A stretch of DNA of 64,000 nucleotides from the human T2T-CHM13v2.0 reference genome, Homo sapiens, in the NCBI RefSeq assembly GCF_009914755.1, contig NC_060943.1; one strand, 5' to 3'. A model generated the notes under the pieces. It saw only the letters and a program-made list of their open reading frames with translations, did not search any database and was not told where the DNA came from. The position numbers and the translations under genes are program-made. Of the stretch, positions 52,901 to 64,000 are shown in pieces. Each line of letters opens with the position of its first letter. The stretch's first letter is position 1.

Positions 52901-55900
52901 TTGTAGAATCTGCCAGTGGATATTTGGAGCGCTTTGAGGGCTTTGTACAAATGGAAAAGTCTTCACCTAAAAACTAGACAGAAGCATTCTCAGAAACTGC
53001 TTTGTGATGTTTGCATTCAACTCACAGAGTTGAACATACCTCTTCATAGAGCAGTTTTGAAAACCTCTTTTTGTAGAATCTGCAAGTGGATATTTGGACC
53101 ACTTTGAGGCCTTCATAGACAACAGTAATATCTTCACATAAAAACTAGATGGAAGCATTCTCGGAAACTTCTTAGTGATGTGTGAATTCAACTCACAGAG
53201 TTGAACCTTCGTTAAATAGAGCAGTTTTGAAACACTCTTTTTGTGGATTCTGCAATAGATATTTGGAGCGCTTTGAGGCCTTCGTTGGAAACCGGAATGT
53301 CTTCACATAAAAAGTAGATAGAGGCATTCTCAGAAACTTTTTTGTGATATGTAGATTCAACTCACAGCGTTGAACCTTTCTTTTGATTGAGCTGTTTTGA
53401 AAAACTCTTTTATCGAATCTGCAAGTAGACATTTGGAGTGCTTTGAGGGCTGTGGTCGAAAAGGAAATATCTTCACATAGAAACTAGACTGAAGCATTCT
53501 CAGCAACTTCTTTGTGTCGTTTGTATTCATCTCACAGTGTTGAACATACCTTTTCATAGAGCAGTTTTGAAACACTCTTTTTGTAGAATCTGCAATTGGA
53601 TATTTGGACTGCGTTGAGACCTCCACTGGAAACGGGAATATCTTCACATAAACACTAGACAGAAGCATTCTCAGAAACTTATTTGTGATCTGTCCATTCA
53701 ACTGACACAGTTGAACCTTCCTTTTTATGGAGCTGTTTTGAAACACTGTTTTTGTAGAATCTGCAAGTGGATATTTGGAGCGCTTTGAGGCCTAAGGTAG
53801 AAATAGAAATATCTGCATATCAAAACTAGACAGAGGCATTCTCAGAAACTTCTTTGTGATGTTTGCATTCAACTCACAGAGTTGAACATACCTCTTCATA
53901 GAGCAGTTTTGAAAACCTCTTTTTGTAGAATCTGCAAGTGGATATTTGGACCACTTTGAGGCCTTCATAGAAAACAGTAATATCTTCACATAAAAACTAG
54001 ATGGAAGCATTCTCGGAAACTTCTTAGTGATGTGTGAATTCAACTCACAGAGTTGAACCTTCGATAAATAGAGCAGTTTTGAAACACTCTTTTTGTAGAA
54101 TCTGCAATAGATATTTGGAGCGCTTTGAGGCCTTTGTTGGAAAACGGAATGTCTTCACATAAAAAGTAGATAGAGGCATTCTCAGAAACTTTTTTGTGAT
54201 ATGTAGATTCAACTCACAGCGTTGAACCTTTCTTTTGATAGAGCAGTTTTGAAAAACTCTTTTATCGAGTCTGCAAGTAGACATTTGGAGTGCTTTGAGG
54301 GCTGTGGTGCAAAAGGAAATGTCTTCACATGGAAACTATACTGAAGCATTCTCAGCAACTTCTTCGTGTCGTTTGCATTCATCTCACACTGTTGAACATA
54401 CCTTTTCTTAGAGCAGTTTTGAAACATTCTTTTTGTAGAAACTGCAATTGGATATTTGGACTGCGTTGAGGCCTCCACTGGAAACGGGAATATCTTCACA
54501 TAAACAATAGACAGAAGCATTCTCAGAAACTTCTCTGTGATCTGTCCATTCAACTCACACAGTTGAACCTTCCTTTTTATGGAGCCGTTTTGAAGCACTG
54601 TTTTTGTAGAATCTGCAAGTGGATATTTGGAGCGCTTTGAGGCCTATGGTAGAAAAAGAAATATCTGCATATCAAAACTAGACAGAAGCATTCTCAGAAA
54701 CTTCTTTGTGATGTTTGCATTCAACAACCAGAATTGAACCTTCCTTTTGGTAAAGCAGTTTTGAAACACTCTTTTTGTAGAATCTGCATGTGGATATCTG
54801 GAGCGATTTTTGAGTCCTATGGTCAAAAAGGAAATATCTTCCTGTGAAAAATAGACAAAAGCATTCCCAGAAACTACTTTGTGTTATGTGCATTCCACTC
54901 ACAGAGTTGAACCTTTTTTTTGATAGAGCAGTTTTGAAACACTCTGTAGAATCTGAAAGTGGATATTTGGAGCTCTTTGAGGGCTATGGCGGAAAAGAAA
55001 ATATATTCACATTAAACTAGACAGAAGTATTCTCTGAAACTTCTTTATGATGTTTGCATTAAACTCACAGATTTGAACATACCTTTCCATAGAGCAGTTT
55101 TGAAACACTCTTTTTGTGGAATCCGCAAGTGGATATTTGGACCGCTTTGAGACCTTCGCTGGAAATGGGACTATCTTCACATATAAACTGGACAGAAGCA
55201 TTCTCAGAAACTTCTTCGTGATGTGTGCATTCTACTCCCAAAGTTGAACCTTCCTTTTCATAAAGCATTTTTGAAACACTCCTTTTGTACAATCTACAAT
55301 TGGATATTTGGAACGCTTTGATGCCCGTGGTAGAAAAGGAAATCTCCTCATATAAAAACTAGACAGAAGGATTCACAGAAACTGCTTTGTGACGTGTGCA
55401 TTCAAATCACGGAGTTGGACCTTTCTTTTGTTAGAGCAGTTTTGAAACACTGTTTCTGTGGAATCTGCCAGCGGACATTTGGAGCGCATTGAGGGCTATG
55501 GTGGAGAAGGAAATATCTTCACAGAAAAACTAGAAAGAAGCATTCTCAGAAACACCTATTTGAAGTGTGCATTCAACTCACAGAGTTGAACCTTACTTTT
55601 GACAGAACAGTTTTGAAACTCACTTTTGTACAATTGCAGGTGAATATTTGGAGCGCCTTGAAGCCTTTGTTGGAAGTGGGAATATCTTCACATACAAACT
55701 AGCCAGAAGCATTCTCAGAAACTTCTTTGTGATGTGTGCATTGAACCCAGAGACATGAACCTTTCCTTTGATAGAGCAGTTTTGAAACGTGTTTCTGTAA
55801 GATCTGCAAGTGGATATTTGGGGCGCTTTGAGTCCTTTGGTGGAAACGGGAATATCTTCTAATAAAAACTAGACAGTAATATTCTCAGAATCTTCTTTGT

Positions 55901-58900
55901 GATGTGGGCATTCAACTAACAGAGTTGAACATTTCTTGTGACAGAGCAGTTTTGAAACACTCTTTTTGTAGAATCTGCCAGTGGATATTTGGAGCGCTTT
56001 GAGGGCTTTGTAGAAATGGAAAAGTCTTCACCTAAAAACTAGACAGAAGCATTCTCAGAAACTGCTTTGTGATGTTTGCATTCAACTCACAGAGTTGAAC
56101 ATACCTCTTCATAGAGCAGTTTTGAAAACCCCTTTTTGTAGAATCTGCAAGTGGATATTTGGACCACTTTGTGGCCTTCATAGAAAACAGTAATATCCTC
56201 ACATAAAAACTAGATGGAAGCATTCTCAGAAACATCTTTGTGATGTGTGAATTCAACTCACAGAGTTGAACCTTCGTTAAATAGAGCAGTTTTGAAACAC
56301 TCTTTTTGTAGAATCTGCAATAGATATTTGGAGCGCTTTGCGGCCTTCATTGGAAACTGGAATGTCTTCACATAAAAATTAGATAGAGGCATTCTCAGAA
56401 ATTTTTCTGTGATATGTAGATTCAACTCACAGCGTTGAACCTTTCTTTTGATAGAGCAGTTTTGAAAAACTCTTTTATCGAATCTGCAAGTAGACATTTG
56501 GAGTGCTTTGAGGGCTGTGGTCGAAAAGGAAATATCTTCACATGGAAACTAGACTGAAGCATTCTCAGCAACTTCTTTGTGTCGTTTGCATTCATCTCAC
56601 AGTGTTGAACATACCTTTTCATAGAGCAGTTTTGAAACACTCTTCTTGTAGAATCTGCAATTGGATATTTGGACTGCGTTGAGACCTCCACTGGAAACGG
56701 GAATATCTCCACATAAACACTAGATAGAAGCATTCTCAGAAACTTCTTTGTGATCTGTTCATTCACCTCACAGATTTGAACCTTCGTTTTTATGGAGCCG
56801 TTTTGAAACACTGTTTTTTTAGAATCTGCAAGTGGATATTTGCAGCGTTTTGAGGCCTATGGTAGAAAAAGTAATATCTGCATATCAGAACTAGACAGAA
56901 GCATTCTCAGAAACTTCTTTGTGATGTTTGCATTCAACTACCAGAGTTGAACCTTCCTTTTGATAGAGCAGTTTTGAAACACTCTTTTTGTAGAATCTGC
57001 ATGTGGATATCTGGAGCGATTTTTGAGTCCTATGGTCAAAAAGGAAATATCTTCCTATGAAAAATAGACAAAAGCATTCTCAGAAACTACTTTGTGTTAT
57101 GTGCATTCCACTCACAGAGTTGAACCTTTTTTTTGATACAGCAGTTTTGAAACACTCTGTAGAATCTGAAAGTGGATATTTGTAGCTCTTTGAGGGCTAT
57201 GGTGGAAAAGAAAATATATTCACATTAAACTAGACAGAAGCATTCTCAGAAACTTCTTTATGATGTTTGCATCAAACTCACAGATTTGAACATACCTTTC
57301 CATAGAGCAGTTTTGAAACACTCTTTTTGTGGAATCCGCAAGTGGATATTTGGACCGTTTTGAGACCTTTGCTGGAAATGGGAATATCTTCATATATAAA
57401 CTGGACAGAAGCATTCTCAGAAAGTTCTTCGTGATGTGTGCATTCTACTCCCAAAGTTGAACCTTCCTTTTCATAAGGCAGTTTTGAAACACTCCTTTTG
57501 TACAATCTACAATTGGATATTTGGAACGCTTTGATGCCCGTGGTAGAAAAGGTAATGTCCTCATATAAAAACTAGACAGAAGGATTCACAGAAACTGCTT
57601 TGTGATGTGTGCATTCAAATCACGGAGTTGGACCTTTCTTTTGTTAGAGTAGTTTTGAAACACTGTTTCTGTGGAATCTGCCAGTGGACATTTGGAGCGC
57701 ATTGAGGGCTATGGTGGAGAAGGAAATATCTTCACATAAAAACTAGAAAGAAGCATTCTCAGAAACTTTTTTTGATATGTAGATTCAACTCACAGCATTC
57801 AACCTTTCTTTTGATAGAGCAGTTTGGAAAACTCTTTTATCGAATCTGCAAGTAGACATTTGGAGTGCTTTGAGGGCTGTGGTCGAAAAGGAAATATCTT
57901 CACATAGAAACTAGACTGAAGCATTCTCAGCAACTTCTTTGTGACGTTTGCATTCATCTCACAGTGTTGAACATACCTTTTCATAGAGCAGTTTTGAAAC
58001 ACTCTTTTTGTAGAATCTGCAATTGGATATTTGGACTGCGTTGAGGCCTTCACTGGAAACGGGAATATCTTCACATAAACACTAGACAGAAGCATTCTCA
58101 GAAACTTCTTTGTGATCTGTCCATTCAACTCACAGAGTTGAACCTTCCTTTTTATGGAGCCGTTTTGAAACACTGTTTTTGTAGAATCTGCAAGTGGATA
58201 TTTGGAGCGCTTTGAGGCCTATGGTAGAGAAAGAAATATCTGCATATCAAAACTAGACAGAAGCATTCTCAGAAACTTCTTTGTGATGTTTGCATTCAAA
58301 TACCAGAGTTGAACCTCCCTCTTCATAGAGCAGTTTTGAAATCCTCTTTTTGTAGAATCTGCAAGTGGATATTTGGACCACTTTGAGGCCTTCATAGGAA
58401 ACAGTACTATCTTCACATAAAAACTAGATAGAAGCATTCTCAGAAACTTCTTTGTGATGTGTGAATTTAACTGAGAGAGTTGAACCTTGCTTTAATAGAG
58501 CAGTTTTGAAACACTCTTTTTGTAGAATCTGCAAGTAGATATTTGGAGCGCTTTGAGACCTTCGTTGGAAACCGGAATATCTTCACATAAAAAGTAGATA
58601 GAGGCATTCTCAGAAACTTTTTTGTTATATGTAGATTCAACTCACAGTGTTGAAGCTTTCTTTTGATAGAGCAGTTTTTAAGAACTCTTTTATCGAATCT
58701 GCAAGTAGACATTTGGAGTGCTTTGAGGGCTGTAGTCGAAAAGGAAATATCTTCACATAGAAACTAGACTGAAGCATTCTCAGCAACTTCTTTGTGACGT
58801 TTGCATTCATCTCACAGTGTTGAACATACCTTTTCATAGAGTAGTTTTGAAACACTATTTTTGTAGAATCTGCAAGTGGATATTTGGACTGCATTGAGGC

Positions 58901-59100
58901 CTTCATTGGAAACGGGAATGTCTTCACATAAACACTAGACAGAAGCATTCTCTGAAACTTCTTTGTGATGTGTCTATTCAACTCACAGAGTTGAACCTTC
59001 CTTTTTATGGAGCAGTTTTGAAACACTGTTTTTGGAGAATCTGCAAGTGGATATTTGGAGCGCTTTGAGGCCTATGGTAGAAAAAGAAATATCTTCATTT
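40901..59100 (+). repeat. Divergent and rearranged copies of the same 13-mer HOR (array-edge layer)
   Basis: Monomers m1-m13 are still recognisable, but with many more substitutions and small indels. m1 starts are at 42069, 44284, 48214, 50427, 52642 and 55707. Monomer order is broken at ~46,075, ~53,860, ~57,760 and ~58,318. Confidence 0.92.
42880..54305 (+). repeat. Tandem duplication of a ~6.64-kb (3-HOR) block: copy A ~42,880-49,025 and copy B ~49,025-54,305, each with a later deletion
   Basis: Shared private variants recur at offsets 6143, 6641 and 5279. Examples: gatgtcagcatt (~43,970/~50,113), gtacaacct (~45,698/~51,841), cttagtgat (~46,530/~53,171), ttcgataaat (~48,781/~54,060). Confidence 0.8.
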
Positions 59101-59242
59101 AAATAGTAGACAGAAGCATTCTCAGAAACAACTTTGTGATGTGTGCATTCAACTCAGACTGTTCAACTTTTCTTTTGATAGAGTATTTTTGAGACACTCT
59201 TGTTGTAGAATCTGCAAGTGGACATTTGGAGCACTTGGAGGG

Positions 59243-59259
59243 CTATGGTGAAAAAGGAA
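59243..59259 (+). promoter_or_regulatory. pJalpha box (A-box), full match
   Basis: CTATGGTGAAAAAGGAA matches CTAYGGTGRAAAAGGAA (reverse complement of TTCCTTTTYCACCRTAG) at the box position of the monomer. Confidence 0.75.
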
Positions 59260-61118
59260 ATATCTTCACATTAATACAAGACAAAAGCATTCTCAGAAAC
59301 TTCTTGGTGATGTGTGCATTCAACCCACAGAGTTGAACCTTCCTTTTGATAGGGCAGTTTTGAAACACTACTTTTGAAGGATCTGCAGGTGGATATTTCT
59401 ACTGATTTGAGGCCTTCATTGGAAATCCAAATAACTTCATATAAACACTAGACAGAAGCATTCTCAGGAACTTCTCTGTGATGTGTGCATTCAACTCACA
59501 GGGGTGATCCTTCCTTTTGATAGAGTAGTTTTGAAACACTCTTTTTGTAGTATCTGCAACTGTATATTTGGACAGATTTGAGGCCTTCATTGGAAACAGT
59601 AATATGTTCACATAAAAAGTAGACAAAAGCATTCTCAGAAACCACTTTGAGATATGGGCATTCAAGTCACAGCCTTGTACCTTCATTTTGATAGTGCAGT
59701 TTTGAAGCACTCTTTTTGCAGTATCTGTAAGTGGATATTTGGAGTGCTTTGAAGCCTTCGTTGGAAACGGAAACCTATTCACATAAAAACTAGACAGAAA
59801 CATTCTCAGAAAGTTCCTTGTAGTGTATGCATTCAACTGACAGAATTGAACCTTCCTTTTGATAGTGCAGTTTTGAAACACTCTTTGTAGAATCTGCAAG
59901 TGGTTAATTGGAGTACTTTGAAGTCTTCATTGGATACAGATATATCTTCACATGAAACTAGACAGATGCATTCTCAGAAACTTCGTTGTGATTTGTGCTT
60001 TCAACTCACAGAGTTGAACCTTCCTTTTGATAGAGCAGTTTTGAATCCCTCTTTTTGTATAATTTGCAAGTGGATATTTTGACTGCTTTGAGGAATTCAC
60101 TGGAAACGGGAATATCTTCACATAAAAACCAGACTCAGGCATTCTCAGAAACTTCTTTGTGGTGTTTGCATTCAACTCACAGAGTTGAACCTTTCTTTTC
60201 AAAGGAAGTTTTGAAACACTCTTTTTGTAGAATCTGTAAGTGGATATTTGGACTGCTTTGAGGCCTTCATTGGAAACGGGAATATCTCCACATAAAAACT
60301 AGACTGAAACATTCTCAGAAACTACTTTGTGATGTGAGTATTCAAGTCACAGAATTTAACCTTCCTTTTGATAGAGCAGTTTTGAACACTCTTTTTGTGG
60401 AATCTGCAATTGGATATTTGGAGCGATTTGAGGCCTATGGTAGAAAAGGGAATATCCTCATACAAAAACTAGACAGAAGCATTCTCAGAAACTACTTAGT
60501 GATGTGTGCTTACAACTCACAGAATTTAACTTTTCTTTTGATAGAGTAGTTTCATAACCCTCTTTTTGTAGAATATACAAGTGGATAATTGGAGTGCCTT
60601 GAAGCCTTCACTGGAATCGGGAATATCTTCACATAAAATCTAGACAGAAGCATTCACAGAAACATCTTTGTGATGTGTGCTTTCAACTTGCAGAATTGAG
60701 CCTTCCTTTTGATAGAGTCGTTTTGAAACACTCTTTTTGTAGAATTTGCAAGTGGATAATTGGAGTGCTTTGAAGCCTTTGGTGTAAACGGGAATATCTT
60801 CACCTATAAACTAGACAGAAGCATTCTCAGAAACTTCTTTGTGATGTGTGCATTCAACACTTAGATTTGAACCTTTCTTTTGATACAGCAGTTTTGAAAC
60901 ACTCTTTTCGTATGATCTGCAAGTGGATATTTGGACTGCTTTGAGGCCTTCATTGGAAACGGGAATATCTTCACATAAAAACTAGAGAGAAGCATTCTCT
61001 GAAACTTCTTTGTGAAGTGTGTATTCAACTCAGAGATTTGAACCTTCCTTTTAATAGAGCAGTTTTGAAATACACTATTTGTAGAATTTGCAAGTGGATA
61101 TTTGGACTGCTTTGAAGC

Positions 61119-61135
61119 CTTCGTTGGAATCGGGA
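61119..61135 (+). promoter_or_regulatory. CENP-B box with all 9 essential nucleotides
   Basis: CTTCGTTGGAATCGGGA satisfies nTTCGnnnnAnnCGGGn; only the non-essential position 12 differs from consensus. Confidence 0.85.
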
Positions 61136-62925
61136 ATATCTTCACAGAAAAACTAGACAGAATCATTCTCAGAAACTTATTCGTCATGAGTGCATTGAAC
61201 TCACCGAGTTGAAACTTCCTTTTCAGAGAGCAGTTTTGAAACACACTTTTTGTTTAATCTGCAAGTGGATATTTCAACTGCTTTTAGGCCCTCATTGGAA
61301 ACGGGAATATCTTCACATAAAAACCAGACAGAAGTATTCTCAGAAACTTCTTTGTGATGTTTGCATTCAATTCAGAGAGTTGAACATTTCTTTTGATATA
61401 GCAGTTTTGAAACAGTCTTTTTGTAGAATCTACAAGTGGATATTTGGACCGCTTTGAGGCCTTCGTTGGAAACAGTAATATCTTCATATAAAAACTAGAC
61501 AGAAGTATTCTCAGAAACTTTTTTTAGATATGTGCATTCAATTCACAGAGTTGAACCTTCATTTTGATAGTGCAGTTTTGAAACAATCTTTTTGTAGTAT
61601 CTGCAAGTGGATATTTTGAGTGCTTTGAAGCCTACGTTGGAGACGGGAATATATTCACATAAAAACTGGACAGAACAATTCTCAGAAAGTTCCTTGTAAT
61701 GTATGCATTCAATTCACAGAATTGAAACTTCCTTTTGATAGTACAGTTTTGAAACACTCTTTTCGTAGAATCTGCAAGTGGATAATCTGAGTACTTTGAA
61801 GTCTTCATTGGATACAGGTATATCTTCACATAAAAACTAGACAGATGCATTCTCAGAAACTTTTTTGTGATTTCTGCCTTCAACTCACAGAGATGAACCT
61901 TCCTTTTGATAGAGCAGTTTTGAAACACTCTTTTTGTAGAATCTGCAAGTGGATATTTGGAGTGGTTTGAAGCCTTTGTTGGAAATGGGAATATCTCCAC
62001 ATAAAAACTAGATAGAATCATTCTCAGAAACTTCTTTCTGATGTGTGCATTCAACTCACAGAGATGAACCTTCCTTTTGATAGTGCAGTTTTGAAACACT
62101 CTTTTTATAGAATATGCAAATGGATATTTGGAGTGCTTTGAAGCCTTCGTTGGAAACTGGAATATCTTCACATAAAAACTAGACAGAAGGATTCTCAGAA
62201 ACTGCTCTGTGATGTGCGCATTCAACTCAGAGTTGAACCCTCCTTCTGGCAGAGCAGATTTGAAACACTGTTTTTGTAGAATCCGCAAGTGGATATTTGG
62301 AGCACTTTGAGGCCTCTGGTAGAAAATGTAACTTCTTTAAATAAAAACTAGAAAGAAGCATTCTCAGAAACTAGTTTGTGATGTGTGCATTCAACTCACG
62401 GAGTTTAAACTTTCTTTTGATAGAACAATTTTGAAACCCTCTTTTGGTATAGTCTGCAAGTGGATATTTTGACTGCTTTGAGGAAATCGTTGGAAACGGG
62501 AATTTCTTCACATGAATAGCAGACTGAGGCATTCTCAGAAACTTCTTTGTGATGTGCGCATTCAACTCACAGTGTTGAACTTTCTTTTCAAAGGGAAGTT
62601 TTGAAACACTCTTTTTGTAGACTCTGCTAGTGGATATTTGGACTGCTTTGAGGCCTTCATTGGAAACGGGAATATCTTCACATAAAAACTAGACAGAAGC
62701 ATTCTCAGAAACTACTTTGTGATGTGAGTATTCAACTCACAGAATTTAACATTCCATTTTATAGAGCAGTTTTGAAACACTCTTTTTGTATAATCTGCAA
62801 TTGATTTTTGGACTGATTTGAGGCCTATGGTAGAAAAGGAAATATCTTCATACAAAAACTAGACAGAAGCATTCTCAGAGACTTCTTTGTGATGTGTGCT
62901 TACAACTCACAGAATTTAACTTTTC

Positions 62926-62950
62926 TTTTTTTTTTTTATTTATAATTAAT
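62926..62950 (-). other. L1 poly(A) tail / A-rich 3' terminus
   Basis: T12 followed by atttataattaat, directly abutting a truncated alpha monomer (…gaatttaacttttc). Confidence 0.85.
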
Positions 62951-63075
62951 ATACTTTAAGTTTTAGGGTACATGTGCACAATATGCAGGTTAGTTACGTA
63001 TGTATACATGTGCCATGCTGGTGTGCTGCACCCACTAACTCGTCATCTAGCATTAGGTGTATCTCCCAATGCTAT

Positions 63076-63096
63076 CCCTCCCCCTCCCCCCACCCC
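63076..63096 (-). other. L1 3' UTR G-rich tract (potential G-quadruplex)
   Basis: The minus strand reads GGGGTGGGGGGAGGGGGAGGG, four G-runs; this is the conserved L1 3' UTR polypurine tract. Confidence 0.75.
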
Positions 63097-63151
63097 ACAA
63101 CAGTCCCCAGAGTGTGATGTTCCTTTTCCTGTGTCCACGTGTTCTCATTGT

Positions 63152-64000
63152 TCAATTCCCACCTATGAGTGAGAATATGCAGTGTTTGGTTTTTTGTTCT
63201 TGTGATAGTTTACTGAGAATGATGATTTCCAATTTCATCCATGTCCCTACAAAGGACATGAACTCATCATTTTTTATGGCTGCATAGTATTCCATGGTGT
63301 ATATGTGCCACATTTTCTTCATTCAGTCTATCATTTTTGGACATTTGGGTGGGTTCCAAGTCTTTGCTATTGTGAATAATGTCACAATAAACATACGTTT
63401 CCATGTGTCTTTATAGCAGCATGATTTATAGTCTTTTGGGTATTACCCAGTAATGGGATGGCTGGGTCAAATGGTATTTCTAGTTCTAGATCCCTGAGGA
63501 ATCGCCACACTGACTTCCACAATGGTTGAACTAGTTGACAGTCCCACCAACAGTGTAAAAGTGTTCCTATTTCTCCACATCCTCTCCAGCATCTGTTGTT
63601 TCCTGACTTTTTACTGATTGCCATTCTAACTGGTGTGATATGGTATCTCATTGTGGTTTGATTTGCATTTCTCTGATGACCAGTGATGATGAGCAGTTTT
63701 TCATGTGGTTTTTGGCTGCATAACTGTCTTCTTTTGAGAAGTGTCTGTTCATGTCTTTTGCCCAGTTTTTGATGGCGTTGTTTGTTTTTTTCTTGTAAAT
63801 TTGTTTGAGTTCATTGTAGATTCTGGACATTAGCCCTTTGTCAGATGAGTAGGTTGCGAAAATTTTCTCATATTTTGTAGGTTGCCTGTTCACTCTGATG
63901 GTAGTTTCTTTTGCTGTGCAGAAGCTCTTTAGTTTAATTAGATCCCATTTGTCAATTTTGGCTTTTGCTGCCATTGCTTTTGGTATTTTAGCCATGAAGT
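63152..64000 (-). pseudogene. L1 ORF2p C-terminal region, frameshifted
   Basis: Peptides [30 protein letters not shown] and [11 protein letters not shown]…[18 protein letters not shown] (CCHC motif) are present. The native end …FSLIGGN* has TGA at 63,154-63,152. One-nt deletions near 63,657 and 63,444 split the frame. Confidence 0.93.

Larger units (their letters stand above)
59101..62925 (+). repeat. Monomeric (non-13-mer) alpha satellite, ~22 monomers
   Basis: ~171-bp alphoid monomers continue in the same orientation but no longer match m1-m13, and divergence is clearly higher. Confidence 0.92.
62926..64000 (-). mobile_element. LINE-1 3' end (L1PA3-like, possibly L1PA2), continuing beyond the window
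   Basis: A poly-T tract is followed by atactttaagttttagggtacatgtgcac, the reverse complement of the L1 3' end. cccactaactcgtcatctagc carries the GAG state, so it is not L1HS-Ta (ACA) or pre-Ta (ACG). gtgagaatatgc and gtgttctcattg fit L1PA3 as I recall the consensus. ORF2 C-terminal peptides appear in the ORF track. Confidence 0.96.

Noticed and set aside
118-62565. The many 60-218 aa ORFs in the ORF track, recurring every 2,214 bp
   Set aside because: They are chance open frames of alpha satellite. They repeat with the HOR, overlap on both strands, show 57-aa monomer periodicity (FQNCS…KKFLRMLLSS), and appear or vanish with single SNVs.
1-62925. CRISPR-like or msDNA-like array of conserved motifs with variable spacers
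   Set aside because: The intervening sequences are homologous parts of 171-bp monomers, not unique spacers. There are no associated genes and the DNA is primate satellite.
1-62925. Inversion or strand switch within the satellite
   Set aside because: All monomers read in the same orientation; I saw no reverse-complement monomers.
62972-63287. Plus-strand ORFs of 66 and 76 aa
   Set aside because: They are antisense readings of the L1 3' UTR and ORF2 end, a common artefact.
62926-64000. Active L1HS element
   Set aside because: It lacks the ACA/ACG diagnostic (it has GAG), and ORF2 has two frameshifts.
1-64000. Definite assignment to chromosome 5 versus 19, or human versus great ape
   Set aside because: The related 13-mers are very similar and cannot be distinguished without alignment to reference assemblies.

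Overview
This window is primate (most likely human) centromeric alpha-satellite DNA with no genuine protein-coding genes. It captures the edge of a higher-order repeat (HOR) array in four layers. (1) Positions 1 to ~40,900 hold about 18.5 near-identical copies of a 13-monomer, 2,214-bp HOR. A-type and B-type monomers alternate irregularly (SF5-like), and I found no intact CENP-B box there. Its size and type fit the 2,214-bp SF5 13-mer known from human chr5/chr19 pericentromeres (recalled, not aligned). (2) Positions ~40,900-59,100 hold diverged, rearranged copies of the same HOR, including a ~3-HOR tandem duplication, an out-of-register microhomology deletion and several fused monomers. (3) Positions ~59,100-62,925 are monomeric alpha satellite with a decayed internal duplication and the only CENP-B box I found with all 9 essential bases. 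(4) Positions 62,926-64,000 are the 3' end of an antisense LINE-1 (L1PA3-like) with a frameshifted ORF2. The ORF-track entries in the satellite are chance open frames. I see no new gene system; the interest lies in the readable history of array amplification. All variant comparisons were made by eye. Monomer labels m1-m13 are my own, with m1 starting at position 7.
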